A stretch of 64,000 bases of DNA, taken from Ascidiella aspersa (Eukaryota). The stretch is taken from contig OZ004614.1 in the NCBI GenBank assembly GCA_963924565.1, positions 7,812,001-7,876,000 of the forward strand, read 5' to 3'. A program made the translations under genes and the position numbers. Positions 24,932 to 38,730 of the stretch are shown here, in pieces. The notes beneath the pieces were generated by a model. That model worked only from the letters and a program-made list of their open reading frames with translations, was not told where the DNA came from and ran no database searches. Position 1 is the stretch's first letter; every line of letters starts with the position of its first letter.

Positions 24932-26314
24932 CAGTGTTGTAATGACTCAAGTCATTAAGCCCGTTTATATGCACGTTTAAGCCGGATTCCAATCTGTTTC
25001 GTTAATTCATTCTCTCTTGTTTTGGTGCTGGAATGAATTAAGTTCTCTCGTTTCTTAATCGGTCAAAAGGAGTGGTTTTCAGTCCGTTCGCCGCTTAATC
25101 TGTTCGTTTCGCGGACCGCCGAAATCGTTTAATGTAGAATAACCTGCTTTAACGCAGTAAACATCACGCCACTTTTGGGGCATTATGACGTAACACGAAC
25201 GGCTAGTCGTAAACAAAACAACAAGTTTAGCGCATAAGGAAAGAATATAACATACACTCATTAGATACTAATTTGTGACGGAGGGGCTGGTCTAGAATAC
25301 AAAAAGTCGAACATTATTTGGGTTAGGATGCGGGTTTGGGTAGGTTTAAATAGTAATACTTGGCCCACCCTCATCCAAATATTGTACATTGCTTTAATAA
25401 TTATCACAACGCTGTGGTAGGATTTTAGGCCAGCGCCAAATACAGTTTTCATTAGTCATGTTTGGTACATCTCATCACCTTCTTTTGTTCACTCTGCCTT
25501 GTATATAGCGTTGACCAGCACACATAAGCTTAACTTTCCTGCACTTATATTCTGTGTGCCAGGTAAACTGAAGCACTATACAGTCAAAAACATACTTCGG
25601 CAAACCAAACTCCATCGGCAAACCAAACTCAAGTAATTCTTGTTTCTTTTCAATTTTAGGTTTATAAAAACGAACAAGCAGCAATAGATTGCTACCGCAA
25701 GGAGTAGCCTAAGCCGAAAAATCGGTTGTGCGTCAGAGGTTTACTGGAATATTACGTAATAATGCATATCAGTGCAGTTTGTACACTCAAGCCGGCTTGA
25801 ATTTCGCGCCATGTAATTACGACGCTGGAACGGATTACTTTTCAATCCGGATTGAAACTTAATCTAATCTGCCCGCGAAAGGTGCATATAAACGGGCTTT
25901 TTTAAGTGTATTTAACTCTTGACTTGACTCAAGTCTTTTGACAGAAATGAAATGACTTGACTTAAGTATTTTGGACAAATGACTTGACTTGAACTTAAGT
26001 CATTTTGTCAAATATATTGGGATTACATTAAATGTTTTTCTTTTATTTATCAAATTCATCTCTAGCGTTGCAAGTTAAACATTTCGAATGCTATATATTG
26101 TGTTTGTGTTAATTTTTAATTGAATTGTTGTTCATAATACCAATTTTATTTGTTTAACGTTTAGTTTACCAGTTTTAATTTTAGTTTTATGTCAATTACA
26201 TTACTTAAAGTTGGCATGCTCTCATAATGACTTGGGCAACCAATTACTTTGACTTAACTTGTTATATGTTGCAAAAGAATTAAGTCATTTCAAAATGACT
26301 TGTTTACAACACTG
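24932..26314. mobile_element. hAT-like MITE rich in GACTT/AAGTC repeats, with a nested insertion
   Basis: TIRs CAGTGTTGTAA / TTACAACACTG; TSD GCTAAAAT / GCTAAAAC. GACTTGACTT-type fragments also occur at ~7135-7200, ~12780-12906 and ~34130-34330. Confidence 0.7.
24958..25898. mobile_element. PIF/Harbinger-like MITE nested in the hAT-like element
   Basis: Perfect 17-bp TIRs AGCCCGTTTATATGCAC / GTGCATATAAACGGGCT, flanked by TTA / TTT. It is absent from the paralogous site at ~14292. The superfamily is inferred from TIR and TSD style only. Confidence 0.75.
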
Positions 26315-28401
26315 GCTAAAACGCTTTAATTATACTAAAGGTAAAAGCAAGAATTCGGCGCATGGTTTCTCAACCGTGAAATGTTGTAGTTTAAGTTTGC
26401 CACTATAGTGTTAACAACTACTGTTCAAAAACTAATTTTGAATTTTCTTAAGTAAGAGTCATTTCATTTGCAAAATAACCTAAGCCTGGGTTGAGTCATT
26501 TTGAACGAATAACAAGACAAATCCTAGTCCAAGTTTTTTTCTTACGTAAAGTAAGTCCATGTCTAAGTATTGCACAATAAAGTCCCTAATCGACCAAAAA
26601 AAATATTGCAACCAAACTGTTTTACGTGTAAAAGTTGAGTAATAACCCCATGTATTATCCCAAAACATACTAAAATAAACCACCTAATTTCGAATTTTGC
26701 GTGTAACTTTAGTCCAAGTTAAGGTACTCTCAAGTCAAGTCATCATATTTTACACAAAAGGCTAAAAAAACAAGTCAAGTCAGTCCAGAACAGATGCTCA
26801 AGTGCATTTAAGTCAAGTTGTAGTGATCCCATAACTCTTTCACACCACATTCATGTTGTATTATATTAAGTACGCCTTCTTCTTGTGGCTGATAAAAACT
26901 TTGCAGTTTCTCTCTTCGATAAACACCGCCATAGCCTAGTCACTAGTGACTATAAGCTACAGTACAAAACAACACTGTTAAACAGGCTTGCCAGTTAAAA
27001 TTTATACTAAAACTTGGATTTAGTAAAAAAAACTAGGTTTTGCAGAAACAAACCTAGGATATATATATATTGTTTTATTCTAAACTATTCTCGCTTGTCA
27101 TCATACATCAAAAACTATTGCTTTTTCACAAGGCCTCTTATTGCGTATTGTTTAAAATTTTCATCCACTAACCGTGCATCTTTAAATCGCTAAACTTTTT
27201 CCGTTATCTTGCAAAACTAATTTTGGCTAGTATAAATATTGTTTAAACGCAGTTTGAAGTGAAATATCGTTAATTGAGAAATATGACAGATAAACATAGG
27301 GCAAATAGTTAAACAACTGACGAAAAACATGTCTAATATACTACTAGCTTACAAAAAGTGTCGCCAAAGGAAATAATGTCTTTAGAAAACAATTGAATTT
27401 ATTCCTAAATTGATAACATAACTAATTTCAAAAATTTAACTTTCGAATACAGAGCTATTGTAGTAAATGTAGTAAATGGATAAATCCGAGTTAGGCGAGG
27501 CCCCCAAATATAAAGAAAACTTTATTTACTTTCTAATTTTATTTAGTCGATCTCGTTTGTCTTTGTCTTCTTTATTCTGCTGCGGACTGGTGTGGAAAAT
27601 GGTGTGATGCCTTTCTTCAACATCAAACACAAACACACTGTAATAGAAGCTACGTTTGAAATTTATAAAGATGTTTCCTGTCGCCACAATAGCTCTTTCT
27701 ATCGCGTCTTGCAATGATGTTTTCGCGAAAGGTGACAGAATACCGCTTCACATGACGTAGTAATTGTATCCAGTTTCACAAGGAAACGGAAATTATCGAC
27801 AATAGAGAAAAAAGCCGTAATTTGCTACCAACAGTAAAATATAGCCATATCACCAACAGAGCATACTTTTCTCTGTTACAGAGGTATTTGTGATTAAGCT
27901 TGCAACCAAATAACGAAAATTGTTTAGTAATAACTAGAATTAGCAAAACACCCGCTCAACTAACAAGGTGTTTTTAAAACGTCATAATTGGTTGATTGTC
28001 GTACTTCTCTTATTCAAAAACTGAAAACAAATGGCACTGCAGAAAAACTTTCGCACAATCGTGCTTTATCAGGTCAGAGAATAATTGCTAAAGTAGTACA
28101 GACTACAAAGGTTTAGCGACAAGCAGCGCTGTTTTATGATTGCTTTGGTGTTGGAAATAATTCTGCATTTACATTTTTAAATAAGTTCGCTAATATTAGA
28201 ACTACGTAGTTGGGTTCAGCGGCAATATGCAGATAACGAGCTCTGAAAAGCAAGATAGAGTAATTGCAGCTGTCGGTAAACTTAGTTGTGCAGCTAAGTA
28301 TATTTATCATATAAATAAAACATCACCAAAAAACGCCGTCCAGTTTTCCTTTTTGTTTTGTTTAAAAATAGCAGAAGTTTCGTAACCGGCTAAGTGCAAA
28401 G

Positions 28402-31400
28402 ATGCTGAAGGAAGATCTCCATGTCGTCAACCTTGCTTGCGTCCTGCTTGTCGGCGTTGTGTGCCGGTTCTTTGAAATCAAACGGAACTTGAACTTGGTG
28501 CTCTCGGCCACCGGTGTTATCACGATCGTCTTGGTTTGCGGCATAGATTCAATCTACTTCGTAGTTCTATTGGTCTGTGGATGCGCTATCATTAAAAGTC
28601 AATTTCTGCTGTAAGTTATTTTTTAAACTGCTAGTCATTTTACCTAATTGTTTTTGACGTTATGGCCCCCGATATAATTTTAATAATATATATATATATA
28701 TACAATAGTGCTGAGACTAAGTAACACGAGCGAATATGCGTAAATTATACACATTTCCCAAGAACTGTGGCTACATTTTTGCTCCAAAATTATTTATTTT
28801 ATGAAGTTTTATTTAAATTTATCCCACGAACGAACACAAAAATTCTTTGTTTCAACACTATAAATTGCATTCATTGTGATGGTTGTGTCTGCATGGTGTC
28901 CACCAGTTTTTGTTTTTTTCGATTTACGTTTTTTTGTGTTTAATATGCCCATTGCGTTCAATTTCGTTAAATAAAGCCGTGTGATTAAAAACGTAAAGAG
29001 TATAGTTAAGTCACAAAAATGGACGAGTCTGGTAAGGTATTTGTTTCGGGGAGGGCCAGGGGCATGGAAAGTTCTTCTTGGAAGACGTCACAAAATTACA
29101 TTCAAACATAATGTTATTATTAGGTAACCTTAAGAACATCAAGCGGTTCGTTTAATTTGGTAAAAGTTTGAGAGTGAAGTTGGAGACGTGTTACACTTTC
29201 AATACAAAACTTTCAATCTAAAAATTCTAATGTATCCTAGCTTTTTACAAATCGTAATTTTATGGGTAGCGGCACTTCTCAGAGATAATAAATAGATGGC
29301 GATAATAAATAGACCCTACGAGAAGTTTCATTAAATAATTTACTATACTTGCGCAATAAACAGAACTGGAAGAACACGCATCAAGTCTACACAATGTAGG
29401 AAAACATAATTTGATATTTTGTACCCTAATCGTACACAAAAGTTATAAGAGGCTTATCAATTTTTGCCACGCCACCCCGGTTTGGAACCCTTGATTTAGG
29501 ATGTTGTTATTGTTTTCTTTATATAGGACGAAAAGTCCGCGTGTGATGTTCATGTTTGCACTAACGTTCCAAATGTTCTTCAATGCCTCAGCTTATTTTG
29601 GACTTCGTTACAGCGAAATAAGCATTGCTGATGCTCTATTGTTTTTGGCTTCAATGAAGGTATGTGAAAGTGCATCAAAATCAAACATAAAACCAATACC
29701 AGGCGGTTTTGGTTAACAAATGTTGCTATACCTAATTTTGATCGTCTATCTACACGCTTCCAACCATTAAATTCATTCTGGCCACTATTGGTGAGTCTGT
29801 ACGCAATGAAATGTTTCCATTTTATATCAGGTAAGAAAGATTTCTCTGCATTTTGGAGTTGGTGTAGGCTACGTAGTGGAAATTGCAGTAATTTTGTTCG
29901 TCGATTAACCGGCATTAAATATGGTACATTTACTGGGATTGTCTATTTTTAACTACTGTATAGCAAAGAGTGGTTTGTTTTAAGTTACTATCAATATTGA
30001 CGTTAATGCCTTATGCCTTGTGAATATTGCCTTTTCTAACGCCCAAGGGTGCCAAGTGATAATTCAAATTCGTTAGATTCCGATTTTTGACACAAATTTT
30101 GGTGTACGATTAAAATGCAAGAAATTAAAAATGTTCTTTTCTACGTTTCACAGTTGGTGTGTGTTCGTCGATTCGGTTTGTTGTAACATTATAAAAAAAT
30201 TTAGCTAAAGGCATATTAACCTATTTGGCTCGAACTATACGTGATGTTATAGGCCTAGTAGAGTGTCTTAAGCTCAAAAAGGATGTGAACCACTGCCATA
30301 GCATGTACACAAAATATTATTTGTTTGAATTTGGTAAATTATGGGGATTGTACAAAACAATTTAAGATAATACATTTTTAAAGTAAACTCATTTACGTTC
30401 CTCAATCTACTTGTAGATTTCTGCACGTGTATCCTTTGGGCATAGCTTTCCGGTTGAAGTACTTTGTTGTATGGTACGTTGCTGAGATATCCATGATTTT
30501 GGTGGGTTTAGGAATGTACCCGAGCGAGTGTCAGTCTAAGGTCGGCCAAGGTCCAAACTTGGCGGCACAGTCTAGGTAAGTCCCACATAAGGACAGGCGG
30601 CAATACTTTTGGTCTGCTTGTTCAAAAATCCTTTTGTAATTAACTTATTTTAGTTTTTAATCAATTACATTTCTGTATTTATGACATTCACATTTCACAC
30701 TGCGATAGAACGTCGTTAAGCAAGTGTTCACACACTTAGGCTACCGACATAGGAGGTGGTTTAATGGGACAGAGGTCATAGCCCTCCCTAAAACTACATG
30801 TTTTGCCTATTTGACTAGCCTATACTTAAATATAAACATTTTATTTGTTATAACATTTCAGTTGCGTATTGCGCATAAGTTCGACCTCGTACGCCAGGTT
30901 TGTTATGTTTTATTATGCAAAAAATTATGTAATTTTGACGTCATCTTTAAAAATGTATTTCTCCCCTCAATAAACATCCTAGATCCGCCCCTGCAACGGG
31001 TAATGTTATAACACTAAGTTGTGATTAAATGTCATACCTAATTACAATTTCGACAAACCTTAACTAAGTCAGCTATAGGTCTTAGGCTAAATGAGTCAAA
31101 TATACTTTTATTTTCATTGGTAGTATGGATGACGACGTGTGGACTCGAATTTTAGACCAAACAAACGCTTTTTTTTCGCCCTTTGCGCCAACACTTTACT
31201 GCCTTCTTAAATTTAATTAAACACGTCTTCACGTGCAAAAATTCGAAACCCGCCTGATTCACAGTTGTTCTAATATTTTAATAACACAAATCTTAGTTCA
31301 TTTTTGTGCGGCCCGCAGATACCTTTTTGAGTTTGGTTTAGGCCCGCGACTAGAAAAAGGTTGCCGACCCCTGCCCTAGAGTACAAGCGCAAAAAATACT

Positions 31401-33809
31401 GTGCCTATAAGTTTGCAAAACTATGAATACGGAGCTTCGTGGTACAAACAGGACCTTTTATATGCAAAACGATTTCATTAAATCGGCTAACAGCCACGAA
31501 AAGACAAACAGGATTCGCGCGAAACGCGGAAAGTTTTGTTGTTATCCTTGTTTAAAAAAAACACAGTTTAAAAGGGGGTCATGGCCGCGCGGAGTTTCAA
31601 AAAATTCAAGCCATGATAAAAAAAAATAATAATTGCTTAGATTTATTTGCGAGCAAGATTAGATTATCAAAAGATATGGCATCCTGAAAAGAGCTATAGG
31701 TTCCCGGTCTCTGCTTTATGGCTTAACAATCTACATTATAGCTACGCTTATAGTGATGTTCAGTGGGCCGTTTATATACCGGGCCTATCCAGCTTCAGAA
31801 AGTTAGGATAAATTACATGTAAAATGTCGCTAAAGATTTGTTATTTGCCTAACAATATTGAAACACGGCTCTAAAAATAAATGTTATTCGTTATTTAAAA
31901 ACTTGAAGTGCGTCCCGCTCGCACAAAATATTCTGACGGGTCGCACGCGTGTGCTTAACACATTTGGTTTAAATCAACGTTTATGTTGGATTTGCAGGAA
32001 TAAAAGTTTACCTGTCGAGCAAGAGTTCGACTTTGAAACTATCCGGAATAACGATTTGCCAGTGGTCATTTTTGGTTCCTCTATGGGATGTTCGTTGGCG
32101 CACTGGAACCGCAGCATACAATGGTGGTTGGTGCAGTTCGTCTATCGCAGCGACTTACTGCGAAAAAGCAAATCAAAATTGATGAGGTAAAGCGGCGAAA
32201 CTGCTGGTGATTCGAAAAAAATTTGTTCCTTTGCGCCATCTTTACTTTGGCTAAAGTTTCAATTGTGCGCGAGATTGTTTCTTTCGTGAGATATCTCCAA
32301 TAATGCAATTTCCAAATCTGTAATTCTAGGTCTAATATGACGCCCCTATTAGGTGTGCTATATTTTAAAACGCGAAATCCCTGACAAATTTACCGCGGCT
32401 GCATTGGCCAACTACAGATCAGGGACCTTAAAAGAAGTGACGTACCAATGAACAGTATTGCACTCGCGAGTTGCTCTCTGTAAATATTTGAGCTATTTAT
32501 TGAACAGTGCGAAAATTTAAACAAATTTTGTTATAATCAAATACTGATTTTGATAATGTGAATGTATTGGCAATATAATTTACACAGTACGATTAAATCT
32601 CGATTATATAAGTATAGATTTTGTCATTTCTCCCTGACGCAGATTTAAACACTAACTTCCCCAAAATTTTAGGGAAAATCCTGACGTATGGCAACCCTAT
32701 ACCCTAGCTTCGACCAAACGTTTTATACTAATTAAAATTGAACAAAATAGGCGCAAATATAGGAAACACAGAACCACTGCAACGTTACGACATAACACTA
32801 AATCAGTCGAGGGTGCAAATCATATTAAGTTTGACTTTACATTTTCGTTCGTAGGTTTATCGAAAACTTTAAGTTCAAACATAACTTTAATCACTTCGTT
32901 TTAGTTTCGGACTAAACTTTAACTAACGCGCCGAAACTTCCAATTTGTCGCGTTTAGTTTCTGTTAAAAAAACCTCGGCTGTTCTAATCGATTTTACTTT
33001 TCCAGGACCACGCCAGTATTTTTGGTGAATTACTTGTGGCACGGGCCGAACTTCGCGCACTTCATAGTAATAGGCATATTTTCCTTCTTCATATACATGG
33101 ACGATTATTGCATGCGTTTCGAGCGCCAACACATCAAAGGGTTTTGGAGAAAGAAAATATTTTTGGCGTAAGTAGGTAAATAATAAATTAAAATAACTAG
33201 AATATGAAGTTACTTGAACTAACAGAAAGTGGCAAGCATTGGCGTATGGTTGGTTCTCGACTCGCTCTTATCTGGGCCTGTTTAGCTATGTTGGTAGAGG
33301 GACGGTCCCGGTATGAACGGAAGTCGTGAGTTCGAACCTCACTGTAGGCTAGTTGTTTTTCTAGCCTGCATTGCTTGCATCATTGGTCGGCAGATTCGGT
33401 TAGTCTCCCATAGCTTACGGTGTTCTAAAATCACCTGCTACGGAAAATTCCACTTCGTAGGCTTATATTTTACTTAGCTTTTCTAATAAACTTAAAAAAA
33501 CTGAAAGTTGTCCTCAATTTTGCCAAATTGCCATAGGAACGGTTGCACTTCATAAAACCAAAGTTATACCGATCACAATCGTGCATAATTTTTTTTTTCA
33601 GGGTGTATTGGCTGTTTGTCAAAGAGCTTGTTACTGGATGCAGCGCGGTATCATTTAGCATGATGGACTATCGGATGATAGCCAACATGTACATGCAAAC
33701 CTACTTCGCCGCTTTTCTTCTTCCAGTCGCTTTCACGGTCATGTGCAAGTTCGTCTCAGTCACGCTCACGAAGAATCACGGACCAGATGTGAAACAGAAA
33801 GCCTTCTGA
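28402..33809 (+). pseudogene. MBOAT7: MBOAT7-like copy B, disrupted by a 689-bp deletion removing exon 3 and most of exon 4
   Basis: Exons retained at 28402-28610, 29527-29659, 30417-30575, 31998-32186, 33006-33167 and 33602-33809. The junction AATGAAATGTT|TCCATTTTATATCAG at 29815/29816 corresponds to loss of copy A 19992-20680. Splicing exon 2 to exon 5 drops 344 nt and frameshifts. Confidence 0.87.
33275..33458 (+). mobile_element. tRNA-derived SINE-like element, duplicated copy
   Basis: Near-identical to 24152-24335. Confidence 0.7.
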
Positions 33810-34366
33810 TGACTAGCGTTGTGTATTTTTGGCACTTAAAAAAACTTCCCATTTCTAAATGTTTTCATGATTTATATCTAATTTATCCAACTGTTTTACT
33901 TTTAAATATGAGAGTTAATTCTCATTTTGGCACTTAACCGATTGCCCCATTTGTATTTATTCCCACAACGATACCCAAAGCGTTTGGGTATCTTACAGTT
34001 TAAAAATTCCGTACCGCATCTAATAAGTGTTTTTGAGTTTTAAGTAATTTGTCACCGATGCTTTAAGATGCAATATGTTATAATAAACACTGTTGTAAGA
34101 AAGTTTTTGAAAATTCCACATTTTTTAATTCCTAGTCAAATCATTTAAAAAACATAATTCAAAAAATAAAGAAAAAACAAGTCCCAGTAAGGTCATTGTG
34201 AGAGCAAGTCATCTTTAAGTCAAGCTCAATTGATAAAAAAACACAACGTTGAAAAATAACAAAAAAGCAATATATTTGCAAGTAAATTGTTTAGTGCTAG
34301 TCAAGTCATTCTGTCCAAAAGACTGAGTCGAAAGTCCTATTTACACGTTGAATCGAGGTCCCAGCC

Positions 34367-34813
34367 CAGTGGTCGGCAAACTTTTTTGTCGCTACCCAAA
34401 GTACTCTTTTCAGAGCTATTGAGGCCCACTACGTAAAACCACTACGAAAACACTGGCGGATTCAGGAGATTTGATTTTAAGGAGAAATATTAGACGGTGC
34501 GCCTTGATGTCCAAAACACTGGCGTGCGATAAAACAAAGAATATACGCGCGAAGCGCGAAAAATATTTCGTTTACATAAAGTTAAATTTGGCAAAAAATA
34601 TAGCTCGACAGGCTTTCAGGACCATATTTGGCACGTGGGCCTTTCCAAGCTGAGCCAATTTAAAATTCTATGCCACTCCAACTTTTAAAAGTAGATCGAA
34701 TGTAGGCTTTCGGCTATCACACGGCCAACAACTATATGATAGCATTAAGCTATTCGAAAGTAACTCGCGGCCCACTAAAAATGGCTCTGCGGCCAACAGT
34801 TTGCCGACCACTG
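34367..34813. mobile_element. Non-autonomous hAT MITE
   Basis: 16-bp perfect TIRs CAGTGGTCGGCAAACT / AGTTTGCCGACCACTG; TSD TCCCAGCC / TCCTAGCC. An inverted partial relative lies at ~48306-48600. Confidence 0.88.
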
Positions 34814-37800
34814 TCCTAGCCTATATTCACGTTTCTGTTTCAGTAATTGATCCTTGTTTAATCAAGGCTTATAGGTATTGGTTTAATCATTTTATAAGAG
34901 TTTAAATTTTAAAAGGACTTTAAATTTTCGTCTGTTAAACGGACACAGAAAAATACATTGGAGGTTGAGTAGCAAAATATGCTTGTGTTCCACAGATTTA
35001 CATTCAGCATAGCGTTTTTCTTTAATCTTCTCTAATATGTGGACGTCCGTTAGAAGCGCCTTGGAGTAAATTTTGCACTGAAATGGTTTTCTCTTATCGA
35101 TTTTAGGAAATTTCTTATCAGCGGCTTATAGTACAATGGATGTGGACTGTGGAGTGTTCGTTGTAAGGTTGAGTTTAGGCTCATTCAAGTTTCTAAAGTC
35201 AACAGAACTGCTGAAAAACGTCTTTGTCCGGATGTATGTGCGCGCAGGTTGCACTGTTATGTTAGCTCCAGTGTTCGAAAACGTATACTCTGCTTGTGAA
35301 ACCAATTTCAGTTGCAAGACTTTTTAGCAGACAACAGTTGTCCACCTGTGTTGAGCATATTATATAAACTGTATATTTGTCGTATCTTGTACTAGCTTTG
35401 AACTAATAAGTCAGCCTTGCTAATCGCAAAACTACAAGCTTGACAAAACGGTGTAATGCTTTTCCTTCCAAATGTTTATTAGTGTGAAATGGTGATTTCT
35501 GTGCAAAAATCGCAATGCTTAATATGCGAGACCCATTTTTGAAGGTTGTAATAAATAAAAGCAATTGATTGTGTTTTATTTAATTGTAAATAGTCTAAAT
35601 TAAAGAAATATTTGAACATTGAGTTGTTTACAAGTAAAAATGCTTTTTGTTGTACACGATATTGTATACCTTCAGTATTTATATAGTAAGACACTTAGAT
35701 GTTTGCAAAAGGGGCGCTTATTATGTAAAGTATATATTTCCCTGATTGAAAAGTAAGGTTTTTTTTTATTACCTGCTTAGCTTTCATGAAAAATGGCTGT
35801 TCAATGCGGTCAGCCGCGAAAAGTCCCTTAAACGGCAAACCTTGGCCATGCTAAAGGTTTTCGCTATAGTACTTTATGTTCAGCCGCGAAAATACTAGAA
35901 ATAACAGTATTACAGCTGAACAAATTTTGGTAAAAATGCTATTTCAGTTGCATATTTATAAGCTGCAAAATCGTATCCTCCCTGCAATTTCCAAAATTTT
36001 CAATGTGATATATTTTCAGTGGGAAAGAGACACCTTAATATCAATTTTACTTATAAATAAGAACTGTGTTTAATACTACAGACATGACTACATTCCATGA
36101 TTTATGGCTTAGGTAAAGCTCAGGTGGGCAGCAATCAAGGTTATTTACACACCAGGGGTTCAGAATCTTAAAATTTAGTTGTGCACACAATTTGCTGCCA
36201 AGAAAATCTCTTTTGCGAACCTGCCACAGAATGCACACTGGCTTAAATGTTTGACAGATCTTTTAAGAGCTAAAAAACTTGGTGTGACCTGGTACACCAA
36301 AACTCAAAAGTTCACCCGCTAGTATAATATATGTGAAAATTTTAGGTGCAGGCTTGGTCTTAAAAAAACAATAAAAAAACTCGCTGGTGTATTTGCCGTA
36401 CTTTCCTTGGTGACGTGCACAGCTAACAGTGATCACTATAGTTACAGTGGTACCGATTGGTATCTGTTCATTACTTTGAATGTAAAGTTTTAAACTAGAT
36501 CAGTTGTATCCCTTTGATTATTTTGTTTTTGTAGTTTAAAAGCTTTAACACTCTTACAGGTCTGTGTGACCCACAAGTTAGGAACCACAGTTAGGTAGAT
36601 AGAAAAAATCACCTTTGTAAGATCCCATTATCCCTTTATGCACTTAGCAAATGTTTGGCTATCTGTGGCACCACATTAGATAATGAATCAATTCCTAAAC
36701 TTGATGCTTATTCATTAATTTAACTACCTTTTAAAACACTTAGTGTGTATTTTTACTCTTTTTGTCATCGCCTTTTTATTCATTATTAGCAAACGTTTTT
36801 CATGCATGTCAACTAATTTTTTATATTGTTGTTTAAATCGAGTCTTAGAAAAATATCTTATAATAAGAGATGATATATCAATTGACTGTTTATATTGTCT
36901 GATGTTTCACTCCTACTGATTTATCGGTAGCAAAAAAATTAGCCTAATATTTTTGCTGATATTATACTGTTAAAATATTATATAGCTTATCCTTAAAACT
37001 AATTTTATTTGTTATTTTTTTAACTTGCAATTATATTATTCGCTTTTATTTAAATGGCTGGCTAGTTTAACAGGAGTTTAATTTATGGCGATGAGCATCA
37101 TGGGCAAAGTTGATAAGAAAATATAGTTGTGTGTTTAAAGAATTAATAAGCTGAATATTTATTAATGTATCTAAGGTGTAAAAAAGGTGTCGTATTGGAA
37201 ACAATTGACAAAGACAAAACGTATCAGTTATTGGCATTGGTTCAAAAAAGTGGTATAGCGGTTGACCTCTATTTGTACTTAAATTTAGCTTTGTATTCTT
37301 TGTAAAAGCTTATTGAACTCGGCAAATAATAGAAATAACATAAAGCCAAGTTACAACTTTTATATAATTAACTTTTTAATTAATAAAAGACAAAAAGAAG
37401 TCTGTTTTTTAGAGGTACCATACTTTTTGTGTAGTAACAAACTGTCAACCAATGTGATGATCAGCACACATACATTCTTAAGTGTTTAAAGTAGAGTCGG
37501 ATAACCTGCTGTTGTTCCTCCATTATATGATAGCATTTGATGAATGACGACCGGTAAAAGGGAAAGAGAGAAACAAATGTGTTTTATAGCAGTTGCCATT
37601 TAGGCTTGACCAAGCACGTTATTGTTTTTATGTTAATAGACATCTTACCATCTGGCCTACCATTCTCACCAGACCCTGCAATGTTTCAATCTGAATAATT
37701 TATGAGCAGAAGTTTTAGAGAAAGGAAGGATTGTAAATGGGCTTTTTTTCTAAGTAAATTGGTATCTAGTGTCCAATCACCCAACTCATTCAATTTCCAT

Positions 37801-38730
37801 ATGTTTAGTTTAAGGAGAGACGCAGGTTGTTCTCAGCTAATGGCACAGACTCTGCTAAGCACCTTGCTCAAATGTATTGTCAACCCACACATAAACTGAC
37901 ATTGTGCTTTGCATTTTTTTATGGACCATCGATATGAATTATTAATGGTCGGTCTTATTTGAAATTGCCTCAATTACACTTATGCTTCACTTTAAAATCT
38001 TTGCTGGCTGTAGGCTATACTTTTTAGTTGATAAATATTTTATCCATCTGTAAAATATATACCATATTAAACAACATATAATGTTATATGCAAATCATAT
38101 ATAAATAATGGAAAAGCACCAGTATCCATGGATTTTACACATTGGTATTATAGTCTCTTGGCCCTTTTGAAGAAGTACCCATGTGTACCAATAAATTAGA
38201 ATGCCTAATATAGGCTGGTAAACCCCTTGAATGAAGTTAAATAGATGTACTCCTGAAAGGGCTATGATCGTTTCTCAGCCAGTTCCCATTGCTTACATAG
38301 CTAGTTAGTAGACAAAAGGTCCATGCATGGTCAGGGCTGTGAGTTTGAAACCTTACTGCAGGCAAGATCTTCTTGTGTTTCTTAGAATGCACTACTATCC
38401 TGATTAGGTCAACAAATTTTAGTAATTTAGCCCTTTAAAGTAGATTCAGTTTATTCGATTTCTAAACTTTAATGTCTGTCTTAAATCTGTTGTTGTATTT
38501 CACAAGGCACTTGCACTCACTTATTGTAGCTGATAGAAACTGGTCAAACCTGGATTTAATTGGAAAAAATGCTTGCAGTATAAAGATGTGGATTTAACCT
38601 GAGGTACATGAGCCTTGCTGTTCAAGGTTTCCTCATGACATTTTTATCAATTCCTGCTAATTTTTACTCGGGAATTCAAAATCACTTTCAATAGGACTTT
38701 GAAAACGCCAATGGATTAACAATTGCCTCG

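Larger units (their letters stand above)
14157..33879 (+). repeat. Head-to-tail tandem segmental duplication: unit A ~14157-24755, unit B ~24756-33879
   Basis: Similarity between the unit ends stops at ...TATCT (24755 vs 33879). Sequence after 24755 (AACTTTAAGACATCC...GTTGCTGCCTAAACGTTGTGGCCCCAGT) matches 14157 onward. The gene bodies are near-identical. Confidence 0.93.

Noticed and set aside
25079-25684. Transposase remnants inside the Harbinger-like MITE
   Set aside because: The ORFs are only 60-69 aa and carry no DDE or Myb/SANT motif that I recognise.
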